Below are positions 53,954 to 64,000 of a stretch of DNA of 64,000 bases, piece after piece. The stretch comes from an uncultured delta proteobacterium (lineage in GTDB: Bacteria; Desulfobacterota; Desulfobaccia; Desulfobaccales; 0-14-0-80-60-11), in contig CAVPIX010000016.1 of assembly GCA_963705115.1 (NCBI GenBank), positions 237,365 through 301,364 on the forward strand. Reading direction: 5' to 3'. Position 1 is the first letter of the stretch; each line of letters starts with the position of its first letter. A model generated the notes under the pieces. The model saw nothing but the letters and a program-made list of their open reading frames with translations, ran no database searches and had not been told where the DNA came from. A program made the position numbers and the translations under genes.

Positions 53954-54058
53954 ATATTATAACATTGGCTTGGCGAGAATCGTCTGTCTAACTTGCCTAA
54001 ATTACATGAATAATGTAGGGCGGGCACTTCCCGCCGTAACCCCTATAACAAGGCAACA

Positions 54059-55489
54059 ATGACTTCCTACCACTTCATCGGCGTGGGCGGCATCGGCATG
54101 AGCGGCCTGGCGGAGCTCCTGGTGCGCCAGGGCCACCAGGTGAGCGGCTCCGATGCGGCCGAAAGCGCCATTACCGGGCGGCTTCAGGACCTGGGGGTGC
54201 GGGTCTTCCTGGGGCACCGCCCCGAGCACCTGGGGTCCGCTGAGGTCGTGGTGCACACCACCGCGGTGAAGGAAGATAATCCCGAACTGATTGCGGCCCG
54301 GGCCTTAGGGCTCACCATCCTGCGCCGGGGGGAGATGCAGGCCCGCCTCATGGAGGGCTACTCCCAGGTGGCCATCACCGGGGCCCACGGCAAGACCTCC
54401 ACCACGGCCATGACCGCCGCGGTCTTAAGGGCCGGGGGTCTCGACCCCTCGGTGCTGGTGGGCGCGGTATGGGACAATCTCGGCAGCAACGCCGTCCTGG
54501 GCCAAAGCGATTACTTCGTGGCCGAGGCCGACGAGAGCGACGGCTCGTTTCTGCATCTGTCGCCCCAGATTGCGGTCATCACCAATATCGACCGGGAACA
54601 CCTGGATTACTACCGGGATCTGGACCACATCCTGGAAACCTTTGCCCGCTTCCTGGCTGCGCTGCCCCCGGAGGCCCAGATCGTGGCCTGGCGGGACGAC
54701 CCCCATCTCCCTGCTCTCCTGGCCGGGCGGCCCCAACGGACCATCTCCTACAGCCTCTCCCCCGGAGCCGATTTTACGGCCACGGATATCCGGGTGGAAG
54801 GCCTGGGCTGCCGCTACCGGCTCTGGCACCACGGGCAGGTCCTGGGGACCATCCACCTGCCTCTGGCCGGCTTCCACTACGTGCTTAATTCCCTGGCCGC
54901 CTGTGCGGTGGGCTCTCTTGTGTCCCTGCCGTTCTCAGCCTGGCAGGCAGGTCTGGCCAACCTGGGCCAGATTTCCCGGCGCTGCCAGGTAAAGGGGGAA
55001 GCGGAAGGCGTCCTGGTGCTGGACGACTACGGCCACCACCCCACAGAGATTGCCACGACGCTCTCCGCCCTGGCCCAGGCCTTTCCGGAGCGCCGCCTGG
55101 TGGTGGCCTTCCAGCCCCACCGCTACAGCCGCACCAAGGCCCTGCTGCCGGAATTTTTCCCGGTTTTCGGGGACGCGCCTCTGGTGTTTATCACGGAAAT
55201 TTACAGCGCCGGGGAGCCGGCGCTCCCGGGGATCTCTGGAAAGGACATGTTCCGGGGCATTGCGAGGCAGGGACACCCTGGGGTGATCTTTGTGGAAGAC
55301 CTGCCGGCATTTTCCCAAATGCTCCCCAATTATCTTCGGCCTGGCGACCTGTTCCTCACCATGGGAGCCGGAGATATCTGGAAAGTGGGGGAGGAACTCC
55401 TGAAACGGTTGAGCCAGACCTCCAGCCCGAATAACAGCCAACTCCCAGGAGAGACTGCATGCCAAGGACTACGCGCCCGTCGCGCCTGA
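54059..55489 (+). CDS. murC: UDP-MurNAc:L-Ala ligase
   Basis: HFIGVGGIGMSG, GAHGKTSTT, EADESD, DDYGHHPTE, FQPHRYSRT. Confidence 0.97.
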   Translation: MTSYHFIGVGGIGMSGLAELLVRQGHQVSGSDAAESAITGRLQDLGVRVFLGHRPEHLGSAEVVVHTTAVKEDNPELIAARALGLTILRRGEMQARLMEGYSQVAITGAHGKTSTTAMTAAVLRAGGLDPSVLVGAVWDNLGSNAVLGQSDYFVAEADESDGSFLHLSPQIAVITNIDREHLDYYRDLDHILETFARFLAALPPEAQIVAWRDDPHLPALLAGRPQRTISYSLSPGADFTATDIRVEGLGCRYRLWHHGQVLGTIHLPLAGFHYVLNSLAACAVGSLVSLPFSAWQAGLANLGQISRRCQVKGEAEGVLVLDDYGHHPTEIATTLSALAQAFPERRLVVAFQPHRYSRTKALLPEFFPVFGDAPLVFITEIYSAGEPALPGISGKDMFRGIARQGHPGVIFVEDLPAFSQMLPNYLRPGDLFLTMGAGDIWKVGEELLKRLSQTSSPNNSQLPGETACQGLRARRA

Positions 55490-56349
55490 TTCCCCAGCAG
55501 CCGGCCCGTAATAAGCAGACGATCCTGCGCCGGGGCCAGCCCCGCAACGCCAGGCGCCGGCGGAAGGAAGGCAAGGGGGTCTGGCCCGGTATTTTTTGGT
55601 TCACCGCGGGGCTCAGCGGCCTGGCCGGCATCAGCCTGGGCTTGGTGCTCCTCTATTATCAACTCTTGACCTGCTCGGTCTTTTGCATTAAAGATGTAAA
55701 TAATATTGAAGTGGCCGGCACTCAGAGATTTAACCGCAATCAGATTCTGGAAATGGCCCGACTGGACGCCCGGACCAACCTCCTGGCCTTAAAGCCGGTC
55801 CTGGTGGAACAGGCCCTGCAGGCCCACCCCTGGATTGCCAAAGCGGAACTGGATCGCCGGTGGCCGAACCGCATCACCCTGCGCATCACGGAGCGCACCC
55901 CGCTGGCCCTGGTGCAGTTGGAAGACCTGTATTACATAGATCGGAGCGGTTCACTGTTCAAGCCTTCTTCGCCCGCAGATCCGCATGATTTTACGGTAAT
56001 CACCGGTCTTGGCCGGGAGAATTTTCCCGCCGGCCAAAGTCTGCCTTCAACCCTGGTCACTCAGGCCCTGGATCTTTTGGAGTTGCTCAAGGAGGCCTCC
56101 GGGCCGGTGAAAAGCAGCAGCGTGGCTGAGATCAACGTGGACCCGGAGCGGGGCTTCACCCTGTACCTGGGCTCCCTGAAGACCGCCTTCTATCTGGGCT
56201 TTAACAACCTGCCCGAGAAAATCCAGAAGTTGACCAATGTCTGGCCCTTCCTGGCCCAGCGGGGCTATCTGGCCAACACCGGGCGCATCAATATAGATCA
56301 TCCCCAGCGCCTGCTCTTGTCTCTTCGGGAGGTTAAAACCACGGAATGA
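55459..56349 (+). CDS. ftsQ: Cell division protein FtsQ
   Basis: Basic N-terminus, TM, POTRA (PWI....R.WP....I.ER.P); precedes ftsA. Confidence 0.92.
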   Translation: MPRTTRPSRLIPQQPARNKQTILRRGQPRNARRRRKEGKGVWPGIFWFTAGLSGLAGISLGLVLLYYQLLTCSVFCIKDVNNIEVAGTQRFNRNQILEMARLDARTNLLALKPVLVEQALQAHPWIAKAELDRRWPNRITLRITERTPLALVQLEDLYYIDRSGSLFKPSSPADPHDFTVITGLGRENFPAGQSLPSTLVTQALDLLELLKEASGPVKSSSVAEINVDPERGFTLYLGSLKTAFYLGFNNLPEKIQKLTNVWPFLAQRGYLANTGRINIDHPQRLLLSLREVKTTE

Positions 56350-56379
56350 AATCTTTAGATAATTGATCGGAAAATTATT

Positions 56380-57630
56380 GTGACCCAGGAAATCATCGTT
56401 GGTTTAGATATCGGCACCACCAAGGTTTGTGCCGTGGTAGGCGAAGTCCGGGATCATCAGGTGGAGATCGTGGGCGTGGGGACCGCTCCCACCCAGGGCG
56501 GCCTACGCAAGGGCGTGGTGGTCAACATCGAAAACACGGTGCGGTCCATCCGCCGGGCCGTGGAGGAAGCGGAGATGATGGCCAACTGCACCATCGGCTC
56601 CGTGTACACCGGGGTGGCCGGGGCCCACATCCAGGGACAGAACAGCCAGGGCGTCATTGTCATCAAGGATCGGGAAGTCACCCCGGCGGAGGTTGAGCGG
56701 GTCATTGAGTCAGCCCGGCTCATGGTCTCCATCCCCTCCGACCGGGAAGTCGTTCACACCCTGGTGCAGGATTTTATTATCGACGGCCAGGACGGCATCA
56801 AAGACCCGGTGGGCATTCACGGCATGCGCCTGGAATGCCGCATTCACATCGTCAGCGCCGCGGTGAACGCCCTGAACAACATCATCAAATGCGTCAACCG
56901 GGCCGGCCTGGAGGTAAGCGAGGGGGGCAAGGGCTTTGTGCTCCAGAGCCTGGCCGCCAGCGAGGCCATCCTCAGTGAAGAAGAAAAAGCCCTGGGGGTG
57001 GCCCTCATCGACTTCGGCGGCGGCACCACCGACCTGGCCATTTTTGCCGGCAACTCCCTGCGGTACAACTCGGTCATCCCGGTGGGGGGCAATAACCTCA
57101 CCAACGACATCGCCGTGGGTCTGCAAACCTCCCTCAACAATGCCGAATTTCTGAAAACGGAATACGGCTGCTGCCTGAACGCCCTGGATGACGATGCCAC
57201 CACCATTGAAATCCCCGGCTTGGGAGGGCGTCAGCCCCGCTCGGTCCTGAGGAAAGACCTGGCCAACATCGTGGACATGCGCCTCAAGGAAATCCTGGAT
57301 TTCCTGGCCAAGGACATCCAGCGGGCCGGCGCCGGCAACCCGGTTCTGGCCGGAGCCGTCATCAGCGGCGGTTCGGCTTTGGTGCCGGGTCTGGCCAACC
57401 TGGTGGATGAGACTCTCATGCTCCCCACCCGCATGGGGTATCCCGAAGTCTTGGGAGGACTCACCGACGTTATTCACAACCCGGCCTATGCCACCGGCGT
57501 GGGCCTGGCGCTGTACGGCTTCTATCGGAGACAGGTCAGTCCCCGTGGTCGGGGCCCCCGCGGGGGTTCCCGGGGTAGTAAATCGGGAATGTGGTCCCGG
57601 ATTAAAAACTGGTTTCAGGAAGTCGTGTAA
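56380..57630 (+). CDS. ftsA: Cell division protein FtsA
   Basis: GLDIGTTK, DFGGGTTD, YATGVGL, C-terminal amphipathic helix. Confidence 0.97.
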   Translation: MTQEIIVGLDIGTTKVCAVVGEVRDHQVEIVGVGTAPTQGGLRKGVVVNIENTVRSIRRAVEEAEMMANCTIGSVYTGVAGAHIQGQNSQGVIVIKDREVTPAEVERVIESARLMVSIPSDREVVHTLVQDFIIDGQDGIKDPVGIHGMRLECRIHIVSAAVNALNNIIKCVNRAGLEVSEGGKGFVLQSLAASEAILSEEEKALGVALIDFGGGTTDLAIFAGNSLRYNSVIPVGGNNLTNDIAVGLQTSLNNAEFLKTEYGCCLNALDDDATTIEIPGLGGRQPRSVLRKDLANIVDMRLKEILDFLAKDIQRAGAGNPVLAGAVISGGSALVPGLANLVDETLMLPTRMGYPEVLGGLTDVIHNPAYATGVGLALYGFYRRQVSPRGRGPRGGSRGSKSGMWSRIKNWFQEVV

Positions 57631-57651
57631 TTTTGCAAAGGGGGTTGTACC

Positions 57652-58854
57652 ATGAAAATTCAACTCGTCCCCACTGAATTATCTGCCAGGATCAAGGTGT
57701 TAGGCATAGGCGGGGCCGGCGGCAATGCCATCAACGATATGATTAATTCCAACATGACTGGCGTGGATTTTGTGGCCGCCAATTCCGATGCCATGTCCCT
57801 GGAGCGGAACCTGGCTCCCCTCAAGATTCAACTGGGCCCCACCCTCACCCGGGGGTTGGGGGCCGGCGGCAATCCGGAGGTGGGCCGGGAAGCCACCCGG
57901 GAGGAGGCTGACCGCCTGCGCCAGGTGCTGGATGGCGCCGACATGGTCTTTATCGCCGCGGGCATGGGCGGCGGCACCGGCACCGGCGGCGCCCCGGTGG
58001 TGGCCGAGATCAGCCGGGAAGTGGGCGCCCTCACCGTGGCCGTGGTGAGCAAGCCCTTTGAGTTCGAAGGCAAAATGAAAATGCGCCTGGCGGACAAGGG
58101 CATTGAGGAGCTGCGCCGGGTATCCGACACCATCATCACCATACCCAACGACCGCCTGTTCTCCCTGGGCAGCAAGAATTCCCGCACCGCCGATATTTTC
58201 TCCATGGCCAATGAGGTCCTGGGCGCCGCAGTCCGGGGCATTTCGGACCTCATCGTCAAGCCAGCCTTCATCAAGGTGGATTTCGCCGACGTGCGCACCA
58301 TCATGAAGGAGGGCGGCATGGCCCTCATGGGCACCGGGATGGCCAGCGGCAACACCCGGGCCATTGAGTCGGCCGAACGGGCCATTTCCCATCCCCTGCT
58401 GGAGGATATCTCCATCAAGGGGGCCCGGGGCATCCTCATCAACATCACCACCTCCCAGGAATTTTCCCTGGAGGAGCTCCGGGAAGTGTGCACCATCATC
58501 CAGAGCGAAGCCCACGACGAAGCCCTCATCAAATGGGGCCTGGTGTTCGATGATACTATGAGCGACGCCATGCAGGTAACGGTTATCGCCACCGGCATCG
58601 GCCACCGCCTGGATGTCGAGAAGGGCCGGGATGTCTGGCAGGCCCCGCCCCCGGAACTGCCCGTGATCGAAGACCTGGAAATTCCGGCCTTTATCCGCAA
58701 GGGCAGCGAACCGCCCCGCACCACCGAGACCGTGGCCGCGGAGAAGCGGCCGCCTCTGGGAGTGGTGCAGGGTAAAAAGTACGTGGTGCACCCCGACCTG
58801 CAATACGAGGAGAGCGACCTGGACACCCCGCCTTTCCTGAGAAAGGTGGATTAG
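57652..58854 (+). CDS. ftsZ: Cell division protein FtsZ
   Basis: GGAGGNA, GMGGGTGTG, VDFAD, C-terminal DTPPFLRK. Confidence 0.98.
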   Translation: MKIQLVPTELSARIKVLGIGGAGGNAINDMINSNMTGVDFVAANSDAMSLERNLAPLKIQLGPTLTRGLGAGGNPEVGREATREEADRLRQVLDGADMVFIAAGMGGGTGTGGAPVVAEISREVGALTVAVVSKPFEFEGKMKMRLADKGIEELRRVSDTIITIPNDRLFSLGSKNSRTADIFSMANEVLGAAVRGISDLIVKPAFIKVDFADVRTIMKEGGMALMGTGMASGNTRAIESAERAISHPLLEDISIKGARGILINITTSQEFSLEELREVCTIIQSEAHDEALIKWGLVFDDTMSDAMQVTVIATGIGHRLDVEKGRDVWQAPPPELPVIEDLEIPAFIRKGSEPPRTTETVAAEKRPPLGVVQGKKYVVHPDLQYEESDLDTPPFLRKVD

Positions 58855-58921
58855 GGAACAATAGAGAGACAAGGGGCGCGTTTTCGGGATTTTCCGGTGG
58901 TCCGCCTCTGGGAGGGATGAT

Positions 58922-59692
58922 ATGCGCCGAGGCTTCCTGATGGTAGTGTGCCTGGTCCTGACCGGCGGGCTCTTGTGGCCCGGCGCGCTTTGGGGCCAGC
59001 GGCAAGTCCCGGAGGTCATCAGGGGCACCAAGAAGGTCTCCCCCGAACCAATGCCCGCAACCAAGGCCCAACCGGTGGCCGAACCTGCGGGCGAACCCGG
59101 CGCCGCCGAAATCAAGCAGGGTCTGAACTATCTTAATTCACAAGATTACGCCAAAGCCATCAAGGCCTTTCAGAGCGCCGTCACCGCCAATCCCAAATCG
59201 GCTGAGGCTTATTATTATCTGGGTCAGACCTTCAACGGCGCCGGAGACCAGGACAAGGCCATCAAGAATCTCGGTACGGCCGTGCGCTTGAATCCAAACT
59301 TTCCCCAGGCCAAGGAGGCCTTGTCCCAAATTTACAGCCAGCAGGGCCTCAACCTCATCCGCCAGGGCTATTCGGAAAAGGCCATCGGCCTCCTGAAAGA
59401 AGCCGTGACCCAGAACCCCAAGAATGACGGGGCGTATAACAATCTCGGGGTGGCCCTGGGCCAGCAGGGCCGCTATACTGAATCCCTGGCCGCCCTGGAG
59501 AAAGCGGTGGCCGCCAACCCCAACAACACCAAAGCCCAGTTCAACCTGGGAGTGGCGCAATACACTTTGGGCGATAAAAAAGCCACGGTCCAGCAATACA
59601 CCATCCTGACCATGACGGACCCGGCTGCGGCCGACGAACTTTTCCGGATAATCCAGGGGACCAAACAAATCGCCACACCATTCCGCTTTTAG
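58922..59692 (+). CDS. Exported TPR protein
   Basis: Signal peptide and several TPR units. Confidence 0.88.
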   Translation: MRRGFLMVVCLVLTGGLLWPGALWGQRQVPEVIRGTKKVSPEPMPATKAQPVAEPAGEPGAAEIKQGLNYLNSQDYAKAIKAFQSAVTANPKSAEAYYYLGQTFNGAGDQDKAIKNLGTAVRLNPNFPQAKEALSQIYSQQGLNLIRQGYSEKAIGLLKEAVTQNPKNDGAYNNLGVALGQQGRYTESLAALEKAVAANPNNTKAQFNLGVAQYTLGDKKATVQQYTILTMTDPAAADELFRIIQGTKQIATPFRF

Positions 59693-59721
59693 GTTCACTC
59701 CTGCGATACCCGTTTCTCCTG

Positions 59722-59750
59722 GGCCGGCGCCAACGACCGGCCCTTTTTTT
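59722..59750 (+). terminator. Intrinsic terminator
   Basis: ggccgg...ccggccc followed by a T-run. Confidence 0.7.
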
Positions 59751-59976
59751 CCTTTCCTGATGCCTTTCCACCCTGTTGCCAGTAATATAACGGGGCCACA
59801 GGCTTCCAGCCTGTGGCGGAACAGGCAAGATGCCTGTTCTCCCGCTATAATCAAGAGAACTCAGTGAAGGCAGAAAAAGGCCTTGCCATAGCCAAATCCT
59901 GTTTCTTAGGATAATCTAGAAAAAGAAGTGGCATTTTTTTACCGGAAACCGAAAACCGGAAACAGAAAACCGTTTT

Positions 59977-61707
59977 ATGGCCCGACTCCAAGCCCGTTTG
60001 CAAAAACTTTTGGCCCAGGAAAAGGGCAGCATTGTCCGGGACTGGGGCGCCCGCTGGCCCCTGGCCCTGGTTTTCCCCGAGATTTACCCCGTGGCCATGG
60101 GCAATCTGGGCTTCCAGACCCTCTACCACCTCATCAATGCCGAGCCCCGGCTGACCTGCGAACGGGCCTTTTTCCCCAGCCCCGAGGAGTGGCCCGAGTA
60201 TCAGCGCACCCAAACCCCCATTCTCACCCTGGAATCCCAGCGGCCCCTGCGGGATTTTGCCGCGGTGGCCTTCTCCATTTCCTTTGAGGCGGACTACCCC
60301 AAGGCCCTCCAGATCCTGGCTCAGTCAGGGATTCCCCTCCTGGCCGCACAACGGGGGCCGGGAGACCCCCTGGTCCTGGCGGGGGGCGTGGCCACCTTCC
60401 TCAATCCCGAACCTCTGGCCCCTTTCATTGACGCCTTTTTCCTGGGAGAAGGGGAAGTGGCCGCCATCCAGGCCCTGAATTTCCTGGCCGACACCGCGCC
60501 CCGGCAGGACCGCCTGGAAATGTGGCGGGAAATAGCCCGGGGTTTTCCGGGGACTTACGTGCCCGCCGGCTATCAGCCCCGCTACCACCCGGACGGCACT
60601 CTGGCCACGTTTGAGGCCCTGGCCGGATTCCCGGAGCGGGTCCTGGTGCCCCGCCTGTCGGACCTGACCGGCTGCACCACCGCCAGCCGCCTTTTGGCGC
60701 CCCGGAGCGAATGGGGGGAAATGTTCCTGGTGGAAATGGGCCGGGGCTGCTCCCGGGGCTGCCGCTTTTGCGCCGCGGGGTTCGTGTACCGGCCTCCGAG
60801 AGACCGCCAGTCCGGGGAACTCCTGCCGGCCATCGGCCAGGGTCTTGAGCAGGGACGCAAAATCGGCCTGGTGGGGGCCGCGGTCTCGGACCACCCGGAG
60901 GTCAAAGACATCTGCCGCTATATTCTGGCGGCTGGGGGTTCACTGGGCATCGGCTCGCTTCGGGCCGACTCTCTGGATGCAGAATTGGCGGGGCTCCTGG
61001 CCCAGGGCGGCGTCAAGACCGTGGCCCTGGCCCCGGAGGCGGGGAGCGAGCGCTTGCGACAGGTCATCAACAAGGGGCTTACCGAAGAAGACCTGGCCCG
61101 GGCCGCCATTGCCCTGGCCCAGGCCGGCATCGACCAGCTCCGCCTTTACTTCATGGTGGGCCTCCCCACGGAAACCTCAGAGGACATGCGGGAGATCGCC
61201 CGCCTCGCCAAATATCTGCAGCACCGGGTAATTAAGGAAACTCAGGGAAAGAGGAAATTCCGCCAGATTACTCTGAGCGTCGCCTCCTTTGTGCCCAAAC
61301 CCTGGACCCCCTTCCAATGGGCGCCTTTCGCCAGCATCAAGGAATTGAAAGAGCGCCAAAAATTATTGCGCCAGGAGTTGGGGGGCACCAAAGAAGTGCG
61401 GGTGCACACCGATCTGCCCAAATGGGCCTACACCCAGGCCCTCATCGCCCGGGGGGACAGGCGGGTGGGGGACATGCTGCTTTTGGCCCAAAAACACGGC
61501 TGGCAGAAGGCCCTGCGCCAAAGCCCCGTGAACCCGGAATTCTTCGTCACCCGGGAACGGCACCCGGACGAGCTTTTCCCCTGGGACTTCCTGGATCACG
61601 GCCTTAAAAAGACCTATCTCTGGGAAGAATACCGACTGGCCCTGGCCGGAAAAGAATCTCCCTCCTGCCAACCGGAGATCTGCCGCCGCTGCGGGGTGTG
61701 CGGGTAA
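59977..61707 (+). CDS. Radical SAM protein (TIGR03960/YgiQ-like, B12-binding-like N-terminus)
   Basis: MGNLGFQ, RGCSRGCRFC, APEAGSERLR, FVPKPWTPFQW, C-terminal C...CxxCGVC. Confidence 0.88.
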   Translation: MARLQARLQKLLAQEKGSIVRDWGARWPLALVFPEIYPVAMGNLGFQTLYHLINAEPRLTCERAFFPSPEEWPEYQRTQTPILTLESQRPLRDFAAVAFSISFEADYPKALQILAQSGIPLLAAQRGPGDPLVLAGGVATFLNPEPLAPFIDAFFLGEGEVAAIQALNFLADTAPRQDRLEMWREIARGFPGTYVPAGYQPRYHPDGTLATFEALAGFPERVLVPRLSDLTGCTTASRLLAPRSEWGEMFLVEMGRGCSRGCRFCAAGFVYRPPRDRQSGELLPAIGQGLEQGRKIGLVGAAVSDHPEVKDICRYILAAGGSLGIGSLRADSLDAELAGLLAQGGVKTVALAPEAGSERLRQVINKGLTEEDLARAAIALAQAGIDQLRLYFMVGLPTETSEDMREIARLAKYLQHRVIKETQGKRKFRQITLSVASFVPKPWTPFQWAPFASIKELKERQKLLRQELGGTKEVRVHTDLPKWAYTQALIARGDRRVGDMLLLAQKHGWQKALRQSPVNPEFFVTRERHPDELFPWDFLDHGLKKTYLWEEYRLALAGKESPSCQPEICRRCGVCG

Positions 61708-61719
61708 AGTGAGCGAGTA

Positions 61720-61945
61720 TGGGGGAGGGGGCTAAGGGGCAGCGGCCCCTTACCCCCTCCCCCAACCCCCACCCCCAAACCCATAGAGGGGGTACAGGCT
61801 TCCAGCCAGGAGTTAGCACGGTAGGACGGGCTTCCAGCCCGTCCAGGCGCGGGCAGGATGCCCGTGCAACCAGCCTAGGCGGGCTGGGTGAGAGCTTGGC
61901 AGGCAGGGTCCATAAGGGTGGTTTTCAAGCCCGCCCTCCGGCTAG
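61720..61945. repeat. REP-like hairpin cluster
   Basis: gggggagggggctaaggggcagcggcccttaccccctcccc plus gtaggacgggcttccagcccgtcc and others. Confidence 0.75.
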
Positions 61946-61955
61946 ACGTTGACCC

Positions 61956-62156
61956 TTACCCCTTCACCGCCACCAGGGATAGGCCCAGTCTGCTTTCCAG
62001 GGCTTTAATTTTGGCAAGTTGGGCTGCCGAGACCTCGGCGGGTTTGAGATCGGCTCGACAGGAAAAGGCCAGAAGCGGGGTTCCCAGTTCGTGTTCCAGG
62101 GCATTGATGGCCGCGAGGTCGTCTGACCCCAGTTTGGTGGAAAGACTGCACAGCAT
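61956..62156 (-). CDS. Small protein (66 aa) with internal duplication
   Basis: RBS AAGGAGG; two LAxIxALExxLGxxLxA units. Confidence 0.8.
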   Translation of the reverse strand: MLCSLSTKLGSDDLAAINALEHELGTPLLAFSCRADLKPAEVSAAQLAKIKALESRLGLSLVAVKG

Positions 62157-62526
62157 AAAAACCCCTCCTTACCTGGAAGTGTCCACTTGTTCACAATATA
62201 ATGCCTGTGGGGGACCTGTCAACCTGGGGTTATTTCAAGGCAGTTGGGGTTGGTATGGTTCATTCTCCCCCCTTCTGTTCAAAGAAGGCGTAGGTGCGCA
62301 TTGCTCACTATAAAAAATCCCCCTGCAAAGTGGTGGGGAGCACAGGTGAGGACACCTGTGCCACCAATTATTTCCTGGTTTTGGGGGAGCCAACCGCTGA
62401 TTAACAATGGTTTGAAGTTCTGACAGAGCTTTTATCAGGAAACGGTTGCAACTCCCTTGAACTTGCCATATGAATACACAAAAACACAATACTACAACAC
62501 AGAAGATATGAGAGGCCGGGCTGGTT

Positions 62527-63779
<1,253 letters not shown>

Positions 63780-63785
63780 ATGTTT

Positions 63786-63975
63786 TGCGGGGGAGGGGGC
63801 TAAGGGGCAGCGGCCCCTTACCCCCTCCCCCACGCCCCCTTCCCCAATCCCTTGAGGGTAAAAAGAGATGGCTTGCAAGTCGGGCCAAAGGCCCCGCCTT
63901 GCCAGCCCGTCTGCGGGTTGGGAGGGGGGTTTGAGGGGAGGGTAGGGACCTCAGGTCCCTGGCCCTCCCCCCAAA
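63786..63975. repeat. Composite nested palindromic repeat, further copy
   Basis: Colinear with 8159-8345 and 10585-10770, different central hairpin. Confidence 0.85.
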
Positions 63976-64000
63976 ATCCTGCTCATCTAGTCCATCAACT

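Noticed and set aside
57700-59115. Long antisense ORFs (also 22465-24189, 31782-33272, 42816-44222, 3516-4793)
   Set aside because: Shadow frames of high-GC genes with clear sense-strand products.

Overview
This is a GC-rich, mostly core-genome window from an anaerobic Desulfobacterota-type bacterium (Desulfobaccales/Syntrophales-like; inferred from gene content and protein style). In order it holds gyrA-gpsA-pfk, metG, envelope and hypothetical genes, a cobalamin-riboswitch-controlled small protein plus TonB receptor, moaA, a GT2/GT-C glycosylation trio, and an IS110 remnant. It then holds a selenocysteine formate dehydrogenase with a fused NuoEF partner, a complete hmcABCDEF operon (16-haem HmcA) with a Rex-like site, an ihf - large SRP RNA - rplY unit, housekeeping genes, the dcw cluster (no murB/ddl, one inserted gene), a radical SAM gene and murA. 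Nine frameshifts in eight genes are all single-base insertions and are most likely long-read errors. Intergenic DNA is packed with nested REP-like palindromes and MITE-like elements. Top leads: (1) a Bacillus-type large SRP RNA with an Alu domain, 11 nt behind an IHF/HU gene and directly ahead of an L25 that looks Chloroflexota-like; (2) an IS110 that appears to have inserted at the CT of a REP hairpin; (3) a degenerate PLD-fold protein inside the dcw cluster; (4) an unknown B12-regulated 87-aa protein. No database searches were run, and family calls come from motif recognition.
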